Assembly (NCBI GenBank): GCA_020160935.1
Contig: JAIUPL010000013.1
Location: 47,710-111,709, forward strand
DNA length: 64,000 bases
Source of the DNA: Bacteroidota bacterium
GTDB lineage: Bacteria; Bacteroidota; Bacteroidia; Chitinophagales; Saprospiraceae
Direction: 5' to 3'
Shown here: piece by piece, positions 1 to 6,713 of the stretch
Numbering within the stretch: the stretch's first letter is position 1
How the letters are laid out: the number at the start of each line of letters is the position of its first letter
The notes under the pieces: model-generated
Told to the model about the DNA's origin: nothing
Database searches by the model: none
The model's input: only the letters and a program-made list of their open reading frames with translations
Translations under genes and position numbers: made by a program

Positions 1-302
1 GCGCCTGCCAGAGCGGCCAGGGCGAACTGCAACAGGGAGAAGGCATTATCGGACTCACCCGCGCTTTTGCATTTGCAGGCGCTAAAAGCATTGTGCATTC
101 GATCTGGAGTATAGAAGACAACAAGACAATGATACTCATGACCGCTTTTTACCAAAACCTCAAAGCCGGTCAGGCCAAAGACACCGCCCTGGCCAACGCC
201 AAACGCAGTTTTATCCTCGATGGCGGCGATGGCCGCGAGCACCCTGTGTTCTGGGCAGGCTTTATCGGCGTGGGCGATATGCAAGCCATCGATCTCAAAT
301 AG
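1..302 (+). CDS. CHAT-domain (caspase-fold) protein, C-terminal fragment; 5' part lies outside the window
   Basis: The frame is open from nt 3. ACQSGQGELQQGEGIIGLTRAFAFAGAKSIVHSIWSIEDNKTMILMTAFYQNL...EHPVFWAGFIGVGD matches the conserved CHAT C-terminus (catalytic-Cys region, GL.RAF..AGA, W.V.D..T..LM..FY, P..WA.F). TAG stop at 300-302. Confidence 0.65.
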   Translation, partial: ACQSGQGELQQGEGIIGLTRAFAFAGAKSIVHSIWSIEDNKTMILMTAFYQNLKAGQAKDTALANAKRSFILDGGDGREHPVFWAGFIGVGDMQAIDLK

Positions 303-333
303 TAATTATCATCTTTTATCAAACCTTTTTAAC

Positions 334-756
334 ATGAAACAAGTAATGCTCAAATCATTCGCCCTGTTCTCCTTCGTTTTTTGCACCCAACTGCTCTCCG
401 CACAAACCAATGCCCGCTACACCCGCGAAAGCCCCGACGACCCGCGCTGCACCACCACGGTGACCAAAAAAACGACCACCACTGAACGCCCCATGTTTGA
501 AGGCGAAGTGCATGGGCATGTTACTGCGCCCAAAATCAAAACGCCGGTCGGGAAAGTAGGCGGCGGCGGCGGCGGGCGCGCATCCGGCAACTTCGGCAAG
601 GAAACCTACTCCACCACCACCATTACAGAAACAACTACCTGCTCCGGCGGAACCGTAACCGTCGGCGACCCTGTGTCGGCCAGCGGCAGCGGAGCAGCAG
701 CAGGCGGCGGCGCCATCGTCAAACCACAACCTTCTGTAACAGAAAAGAAGAATTGA
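334..756 (+). CDS. small secreted Thr/Gly-rich low-complexity protein, function unknown
   Basis: ATG 334 inside ORF 220..756 gives MKQVMLKSFALFSFVFCTQLLSAQ, which looks like a signal peptide. The rest is T/G/K-rich, including GGGGGG encoded by a (GGC)n run near 561-578. No recognisable domain. Confidence 0.45.
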   Translation: MKQVMLKSFALFSFVFCTQLLSAQTNARYTRESPDDPRCTTTVTKKTTTTERPMFEGEVHGHVTAPKIKTPVGKVGGGGGGRASGNFGKETYSTTTITETTTCSGGTVTVGDPVSASGSGAAAGGGAIVKPQPSVTEKKN

Positions 757-837
757 TTTTTTCCCGCTTCCCTTTTTCCAACTTCTTGCCCGATCTTGCA
801 GCGCCTGCCGGACCACCATACCCAGGCGCCGCTGATT

Positions 838-2301
838 ATGCTCCAACCCGAACTCAAATCTCAAATAGACCGCGTCTGGGAAGCCTTCTGGACCGGCGGA
901 CTGAGCAACCCCCTCACCGTTATCGAACAGATGACCTACCTGTTGTTCGTTCGCCGGCTCGATGAATTGCAAACCCTCAAGGAGCAAAAAGCCAACCTCC
1001 TGCACCAGCCCATTGAAGCGCCCATCTACCAGGACGCGGAATATCCCCTGCGCTGGAGCCGTTTCAAGGACAGCGACCCGGAAAATATGTTTCGCCTCTT
1101 CACCCGCGAAGGCGGCGTGTTCGATTTCCTGCGCAACAGCGGCCACCGCAGCGCTGCCTTCACTAAATACATGAAAGGCGCTACCTTCATGATTCCTACC
1201 CCGCGCCTGCTCTCGCAAGTGGTGGATATGCTGTCGAATATCGACATGGCCGACCGCGACACCAAAGGCGACGTGTACGAATACCTGCTCAGCAAAATAG
1301 CCACCGCAGGCCAGAACGGCCAGTTCCGCACGCCCCGCCACATCATCGGTATGATGGTGGATATGGTGCGGCCCACACCCGACGACATTATCTGCGACCC
1401 CAGCGCCGGCTCCTGCGGCTTCCTCATCGTGGCCGCCGAATACGTGCGCAGCCACTACGAAACGGAACTGTACGACGAAGCGCGCCGCGCCCATTTCCAC
1501 GACCGCATGTTCATGGGTATGGAATTCGACCCCACCATGATCCGTATCGGGGCCATGAACCTTCTCCTGCACGGCATCGAAAATCCGCAACTCCGCGACG
1601 TAGACGCCCTCAGCGAAGCCAATACCGATTTCACCCAAAAAGCATCGCTCATACTCGCCAACCCGCCCTTCAAAGGCAGCCTCGACCGCGAAGCCGTAGA
1701 TGGCAAAATACTGAGCGTGGTGGATGCCAAAAAGACCGAACTCCTGTTTCTGGGCCTTATCCTCAAAGGCTTGCAACTCGGCGGCCGCGCGGCCGTGATC
1801 GTGCCCGATGGCGTGCTGTTCGGCAGCAGCAAAGCCCACCTGCAAATACGCCGCGAACTCATAGAACGCCAAAAACTGCAAGCCGTCATCTCCATGCCCA
1901 GCGGCGTGTTCAAACCCTACGCCGGGGTGAGCACCGCCGTGCTGCTCTTTACCCGCACCGACAGCGGCGGCACCGACCAGGTGTGGTTCTACGACATGCA
2001 GGCCGACGGATACAGCCTCGACGACAAACGCCAGCCCATCGCAGCCAACGACATCCCCGATGTGGTGCATCGATACCTGCACCCCGACGCCGAACACGCC
2101 CGCAGCCGCACCGACCGCAGTTTTATGGTGCCCGTGCAAGACATCCGCGACAATAAATACGACCTCAGTATCAACCGATACAAGGAAGTGGTGTACGAAG
2201 AAAAAACCTACGCTTCTCCCGCCGATATCATCCGCGACATAGAAACCCTCGACGCCGAACGCGCCGCTTTGTTGAATGAATTAAAAAAGATGCTGGTATG
2301 A
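838..2301 (+). CDS. hsdM: type I restriction-modification system, DNA methyltransferase subunit M
   Basis: ATG 838 (an in-frame TTG at 796 is less likely). N-terminal HsdM-type helix LKSQIDRVWEAFWTGG...LLFVRRLDE, SAM motif DPSAGSCGF, catalytic motif ILANPPFKG, C-terminal YDLSINRYKE. The stop overlaps the hsdS start (ATGA 2298-2301). Confidence 0.93.
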   Translation: MLQPELKSQIDRVWEAFWTGGLSNPLTVIEQMTYLLFVRRLDELQTLKEQKANLLHQPIEAPIYQDAEYPLRWSRFKDSDPENMFRLFTREGGVFDFLRNSGHRSAAFTKYMKGATFMIPTPRLLSQVVDMLSNIDMADRDTKGDVYEYLLSKIATAGQNGQFRTPRHIIGMMVDMVRPTPDDIICDPSAGSCGFLIVAAEYVRSHYETELYDEARRAHFHDRMFMGMEFDPTMIRIGAMNLLLHGIENPQLRDVDALSEANTDFTQKASLILANPPFKGSLDREAVDGKILSVVDAKKTELLFLGLILKGLQLGGRAAVIVPDGVLFGSSKAHLQIRRELIERQKLQAVISMPSGVFKPYAGVSTAVLLFTRTDSGGTDQVWFYDMQADGYSLDDKRQPIAANDIPDVVHRYLHPDAEHARSRTDRSFMVPVQDIRDNKYDLSINRYKEVVYEEKTYASPADIIRDIETLDAERAALLNELKKMLV

Positions 2302-3494
2302 AATGGGAAATGGTGAAATTGGGGGAGGTAATAGAAAAGCCAATTTCTGGCGAATGGGGAGAAGGCGAAGGAGAAACATATGTACTTCGAACTACAAACT
2401 TTAGAAATGACGGGAGTCTAAATTTTGAAAATGTAGTTAGAAGGAATATTTCTGAAAAAAAAATTCGAGAAAAATCTCTAAAACCTGGTGATTGTATCAT
2501 CGAAAAATCTGGAGGTGGGCCAAGCCAACCGGTAGGGAGAGTTGTATATTTCGACAACCCGAATGGAATTTATCTGTGCAACAATTTTACTAGCATAGTA
2601 CGCCCTAAAGCAGATGTGTACCCCAAGTATTTATTCTGGTATCTCTTTAATAATCACCTGATTGGGAACACTTTATCATATCAAAATAAAACTACAGGGA
2701 TCATAAATTTACAACTGGAAAGATACGTTTCTGAATCCTACATCCCGCTCCCGCCCCTCGCCACCCAGCAGCGCATTGCCGACATCCTCGACAAAGCCGA
2801 CGCGCTGCGCCGAAAAGACCAGGCCCTGCTGCAGAAATATGATGAACTGGCGCAGGCGGTGTTTGTGGAGATGTTTGGGGATCCGGTGAAGAATGAGAAG
2901 GGGTGGGAGGTGAAATTTTTGAGAGATTGCTTTTCCTCAAAACCTAGAATTGGTACTATCAAGCCCGTGACTTCTGATGGTACGATTAAAGTTGTTAGAG
3001 TTAGTGAGATAGGAAAATTAAATATTAACTTAGAAAAATCAAAAAAGGTAATTATTGAAAAAAATGAGAAAGAAAGGTATTTACTCCAAGAAAACGACAT
3101 TGTACTAGCACGTGCAATTGGTAGTATTGACCATCTGGGGAAAGCATCTTTAGTTAAAAATTTAAAAGAAGATGTGGTTTTCGACTCACATGTTATGAGA
3201 TTGCAATTCAATCAAAAACTTCTTAATTCCTATTTTTTCTATACTTGGTTGCAATCACCGGGAGGCAGGAAAATATTTCTTGAAAATTCCAGTCAGACTG
3301 CTGTTCAGTTCAATATTAATGCAGAACAAATTTCGAGAATAAAAATTGCAGTACCACCAATCAATATCCAATGTAAGTTTGAAAAATCTATTTTAGATAT
3401 TTATCAACAAATCACATTTCTAAACCTCTCCCACTCCACCGCCCTCTTCCAATCCCTCCTCCAAAAAGCCTTTACGGGCGAACTGGTACCCTGA
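2298..3494 (+). CDS. hsdS: type I restriction-modification system, specificity subunit S
   Basis: Two variable halves, each followed by a conserved helical spacer: central PLPPLATQQRIADILDKADALRRKDQALLQKYDELAQAVFVEMFGDP and C-terminal STALFQSLLQKAFTGELV. Translationally coupled to hsdM. Confidence 0.9.
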   Translation: MKWEMVKLGEVIEKPISGEWGEGEGETYVLRTTNFRNDGSLNFENVVRRNISEKKIREKSLKPGDCIIEKSGGGPSQPVGRVVYFDNPNGIYLCNNFTSIVRPKADVYPKYLFWYLFNNHLIGNTLSYQNKTTGIINLQLERYVSESYIPLPPLATQQRIADILDKADALRRKDQALLQKYDELAQAVFVEMFGDPVKNEKGWEVKFLRDCFSSKPRIGTIKPVTSDGTIKVVRVSEIGKLNINLEKSKKVIIEKNEKERYLLQENDIVLARAIGSIDHLGKASLVKNLKEDVVFDSHVMRLQFNQKLLNSYFFYTWLQSPGGRKIFLENSSQTAVQFNINAEQISRIKIAVPPINIQCKFEKSILDIYQQITFLNLSHSTALFQSLLQKAFTGELVP

Positions 3495-3556
3495 GCCGGG
3501 CGGCGTGGATGCCAATGCCCAACACACACACCAGGAGGCATTGCAATTCCCTTTAG

Positions 3557-3690
3557 CAGCCTGCTGCCGCCATGCTGCGCTTGTCACCCTGGCGGGGCCC
3601 GTTCACCCTACGAGGGCAATTCGCTGATACGCGCCGTAGGGTGAACGGGCCCCGCCAGGGTGACAAGGGCGGCATGGCGGCAGCAGGCTG
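3557..3690. repeat. long near-perfect palindrome (56-nt arms, 22-nt loop)
   Basis: Arm 3557-3612 (cagcctgctgccgccatgctgcgcttgtcaccctggcggggcccgttcaccctacg) is the reverse complement of 3635-3690 with 2 mismatches by hand alignment. Confidence 0.9.
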
Positions 3691-3694
3691 CGAA

Positions 3695-3799
3695 TATGGC
3701 GTTTGAAGAGGATTGGATTGCGTTCGAACAGGATCAGATTGCGTTCGAACAGGGCTGGATTGCATACTAACAGGTTCAGATTGCGTTCGAACAGGGCAA
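3695..3799. repeat. 21-bp tandem repeat, 5 units (core GATTGCGTTCGAACAGG)
   Basis: Units start at 3695 (degenerate), 3716, 3737, 3758 (degenerate) and 3779, an exact 21-nt period. Each unit contains the TTCGAA palindrome. Confidence 0.85.
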
Positions 3800-3870
3800 A
3801 GAAGGACGGCAGGGGGAGTGTTCGGCAGTGTTTAGAAAAGTGTGTCACTTAGGCTTTTTGTGTTTTTTTG

Positions 3871-4047
3871 GCAGCCTATAGACGCCATGCCGCCTTGTCG
3901 TCCTGGCGGGACCCGTTCACTCTACGGCGCGTAGACAGCAAATTTCCCTCGTAGAGCGGACGGGCCCCGCCAGGGTGACAAGCGCGGCATGGCGGCAGCA
4001 GGCTGCGAATATGGCGTTCGAACAGGATTGGATGGCGTTCGAACACA
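3871..4047. repeat. second, more degenerate copy of the palindrome plus 21-bp-repeat composite
   Basis: Arms 3871-3926 and 3950-4006 resemble the 3557-3690 palindrome. They are followed by the same gcgaatatggcgtt junction and two 21-bp units starting at 4010 and 4031. Confidence 0.75.
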
Positions 4048-4055
4048 CTCATAGC

Positions 4056-4128
4056 CCGTCGGGACAGCGCCTTTCAAGGCGCGCACCACAAAATAATTCA
4101 TGCGCCTTGAAAGGCGCTGTCCCGACGG
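4056..4128. repeat. perfect 27-bp-stem hairpin (19-nt loop)
   Basis: ccgtcgggacagcgcctttcaaggcgc (4056-4082) is exactly complementary to gcgccttgaaaggcgctgtcccgacgg (4102-4128). Confidence 0.9.
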
Positions 4129-4212
4129 ACTAAAGTCCATGCTACCACCACGCACAAACTTTTGATTTGCAATAAAATAAGCCGTGTTTTTTCACGGGAA
4201 TCATTTCAAAAC

Positions 4213-4220
4213 TATATTTG
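4213..4220 (+). promoter_or_regulatory. candidate Bacteroidota -7 promoter box (TATATTTG) ahead of the ABC ATPase gene
   Basis: Exact match to the TAnnTTTG consensus, 40 nt upstream of ATG 4260. There is no clean -33 TTTG. Confidence 0.3.
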
Positions 4221-4259
4221 CTTTTTTCTAATGGGGTGTGCGGCGCCCGGCATCGGAAC

Positions 4260-5525
4260 ATGGACAAGCAGTTTTTCCTGGAATTTCAGCAAAAGATCAA
4301 ACAGTTTACGGATCATGGCAATCTGGAAGATGCCACGATTCAGTTGATGGATTTTACGCGGGAGTTTTCGGCGCAGGCGCTGCGGCAACGGGAAGCCTTG
4401 TCGATCCGGCAGGATTTTGTGGGCATTCCGCCGCAGGGCCGGGTGTTGGGGGGGCATGAAGCCTACAAGGCGGTGCGGGAACAACTGGTACTGCGGGTAT
4501 TCGACCTGCTGCGGGTGATAGAAGCCGATATGGAAGCGCCGCCGGAAGAAGAGGCGCAGCAGCAGCCAGGCGTCAGAAGTTTTGAGGAACACCTGTACCG
4601 GTCGCCGCAAGCAATGGAGGAAACGCCCAGGCCGATTGTCCGTGCGCACCACTTAGTGCAGCGTTTTGGGAAATTTACGCTGGAAGGCATCAACCTGACG
4701 TGTATGCCCGGCGAAATTCTGGCAGTGATCGGCGAAAACGGCTCGGGCAAAACGACCCTGCTCAATATGCTGGCCGGGGAGTGGGCGCCATCGGAAGGGC
4801 GGGTGGAATACGGTTTTACGGAGTCGGAAAACTGGTATGTGCGGAAACAGGGGATTGGGTATTTGAGCCAGGAGCCGCGTACTGCACCCAAAAAAACGCT
4901 GTTGGAGTACCTCAAATTTCTGGCAGCCATTCACGGACATCCGATAGAGTCAGCACAGCGTTTTATATATCGTTTTCGGCTCGAAGAATACAAGGATGCG
5001 ACAGTGGAAGAAATATCCGGCGGATACAAAACCCGGTTTGAACTGGCCTGTGTTTTGATCCGGGAGCCGCAATTGCTGGTCCTGGACGAGCCACTGGCGC
5101 ACCTCGACATCAACAGCCAGCAGATATTGCTAAAAGACCTGCGCGATTTTGCCCGTTCGCAGAAACGCCCGATCAGTATTGTGGTCAGTTCGCAGCACGT
5201 ACACGAAATTGAAAGCCTGGCAGACAAGATACTGTTTCTGGAGCAAGGGAAAGTGGTGTATTACGGCCCAAAAGTGAGTATCAATACAGACAGAACGTTC
5301 CATACATTTGAAGTGGAATGCGGCTGTGATATTGTAACTTCGATACAATTGATGAAGGTTTTACATCCCGGGATCGATGTGACACAATGGGGAACTTACA
5401 TGGTCATCCGTACACCCGTGGAAGTCGGCTTCATGGACGTACTGAATGTCTTTTATTTGAATAATATTTCGGTGATGTATTTCAGGAATGTATCGAGTTC
5501 CACCAGAATGCATTTTTACAGGTAA
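4260..5525 (+). CDS. ABC-type ATPase with a ~140-aa helical N-terminal extension
   Basis: Walker A GENGSGKTT, Q-loop YLSQEP, signature ISGGYKTR, Walker B LLVLDEPLAHLD, H-loop region SSQHVHE. The C-terminal ~100 aa resemble the tail of ABC-2-type exporter ATPases. ATG 4260 is preferred over TTG 4218, which overlaps the -7 box. Confidence 0.85.
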   Translation: MDKQFFLEFQQKIKQFTDHGNLEDATIQLMDFTREFSAQALRQREALSIRQDFVGIPPQGRVLGGHEAYKAVREQLVLRVFDLLRVIEADMEAPPEEEAQQQPGVRSFEEHLYRSPQAMEETPRPIVRAHHLVQRFGKFTLEGINLTCMPGEILAVIGENGSGKTTLLNMLAGEWAPSEGRVEYGFTESENWYVRKQGIGYLSQEPRTAPKKTLLEYLKFLAAIHGHPIESAQRFIYRFRLEEYKDATVEEISGGYKTRFELACVLIREPQLLVLDEPLAHLDINSQQILLKDLRDFARSQKRPISIVVSSQHVHEIESLADKILFLEQGKVVYYGPKVSINTDRTFHTFEVECGCDIVTSIQLMKVLHPGIDVTQWGTYMVIRTPVEVGFMDVLNVFYLNNISVMYFRNVSSSTRMHFYR

Positions 5526-5527
5526 AT

Positions 5528-6670
5528 ATGAATAAGAGAAACGGTAAGATAGACATATGGCTTGAGCGGCTCAACAAACCATTATTGAGCAAATCTCCAT
5601 TTTTGTGGGTGCAGAATTATCCGCGCATCATATATGTATGGACATTACTTGTATTTATTGTTGTTTTGATGCTTCCGCTCCCCACCGAACAGCCCGGAAC
5701 GAATGCATTTTACTTTCAGGTGCTGGTACCATTTCTTCCATTGATAGTCATCTGGTGGGATATTGCGCGGGAGTATTCAAAAACAGACATAGTTGACTAC
5801 TATCAAAACAAGGGGTTATTCGACCTGAGAGAAGAGAAAAAGGTATTACATATCAATCTGGCACTTGTTTCCATTCCGCTATTGCTGTGTTTAATTAACC
5901 TTGATCATCGTTATCACGGCAAACAGTTCCCTACAAGCAGCGAGTATAACCAGCAGAGGCTTTACGATTATGTAAAAGGGGAATATTACTTTTTACAGCA
6001 ACAGGGCATAGGGCCGGAAAAGAGTATGGCTATTTTCAGGGATTCTGTTTATCCTTTCTTGTATTACCGTGATTTTCCGTCGTTTGATTCGGCGGCATTG
6101 GGGCGCTGTTTCAAAGATGTTGCAGCAACAGATGCAAGCCTTTTGCTAACGAATTATTACTGTGCCCTGAATGATCCATTTATCAGGTTTGATGGCGCCT
6201 TAAATGCCAAGAGATACTCCTATGCCCAGGCCGTGGAATATTTGAATGATCATATTGTACCAGAGCATCTTGTGGGAGTATTCCACTTTTGGTTTTTTGT
6301 AGCCATTCACATTTGGTATTATGCGATTTGCAACCTGTATTTTAAAACCCTGCTTAAATGGTATAGGAAACATCCATTTCATAAAAACACGCAAATTTTA
6401 CTTAAAGCGATTGTTTTTATCATGCTGTTTTTCGGTTTGGCCGCAGTCATTTTAGACGAATTTTTTAAAGACTACAAGTATTTAATTGAAAGAGCAGGAG
6501 ACATAACTGGTCCTGTAATCTACACTTTTATAAAAATCTTCAATGTCATTTCCATACCCGTGTTTCTTTATTTCTACCTGAATAAATTTACTACCATAAA
6601 ACTGGAACTGCTCGATCAAGTGTCCAGGCCGAAAGAACCTGTTGCAGCAAAAACACAATCCAACCCTTAA
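5528..6670 (+). CDS. multi-pass (about 6 TM) membrane protein, function unknown; coupled to the ABC ATPase
   Basis: ATG lies 2 nt after the ATPase stop. Hydrophobic helices: IIYVWTLLVFIVVLMLPL, FYFQVLVPFLPLIVIWW, LHINLALVSIPLLLCLINL, VGVFHFWFFVAIHIWYYAI, ILLKAIVFIMLFFGLAAVIL, VIYTFIKIFNVISIPVFLYFYL. A ~125-aa soluble insert separates TM3 and TM4. AT-rich. Confidence 0.75.
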   Translation: MNKRNGKIDIWLERLNKPLLSKSPFLWVQNYPRIIYVWTLLVFIVVLMLPLPTEQPGTNAFYFQVLVPFLPLIVIWWDIAREYSKTDIVDYYQNKGLFDLREEKKVLHINLALVSIPLLLCLINLDHRYHGKQFPTSSEYNQQRLYDYVKGEYYFLQQQGIGPEKSMAIFRDSVYPFLYYRDFPSFDSAALGRCFKDVAATDASLLLTNYYCALNDPFIRFDGALNAKRYSYAQAVEYLNDHIVPEHLVGVFHFWFFVAIHIWYYAICNLYFKTLLKWYRKHPFHKNTQILLKAIVFIMLFFGLAAVILDEFFKDYKYLIERAGDITGPVIYTFIKIFNVISIPVFLYFYLNKFTTIKLELLDQVSRPKEPVAAKTQSNP

Positions 6671-6675
6671 CTTTG
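6668..6675 (+). promoter_or_regulatory. candidate -7 box (TAACTTTG) ahead of hsdR, overlapping the stop codon of the membrane-protein gene
   Basis: Matches TAnnTTTG, 39 nt upstream of ATG 6714. A TTG lies at 6642-6644. Confidence 0.25.
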
Positions 6676-6713
6676 TCCAGACTCCCCTACCCTGCACGCT
6701 ACCCAATCCAGCA

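Noticed and set aside
355-2139. 594-aa ORF on the minus strand
   Set aside because: It is antisense to the motif-rich hsdM gene. Its product is an A/G/V/H-rich low-complexity string with no motif, the usual stop-free shadow frame in GC-rich coding DNA.
3695-3799. Possible CRISPR array (this array, and 35811-35986)
   Set aside because: The repeat units are contiguous (21 bp and 8 bp) with no unique spacers, and no cas genes are present. These are not CRISPR arrays.
3553-4155. Small minus-strand ORFs (70-81 aa) with repeated peptides such as PVRTQS and PAAAMP..LSPWRGP
   Set aside because: They are simply translations of the palindromes and 21-bp repeats. The same 'peptide' recurs because the DNA repeat recurs.
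4260-5525. Direct equivalence of the embedded ABC ATPase to the anticodon nuclease PrrC
   Set aside because: Only the genomic position is analogous. The protein has a full transporter-type ABC core with an ABC-2-like C-terminal tail, and I can see no PrrC-type nuclease motif. I kept it as context, not as an annotation.
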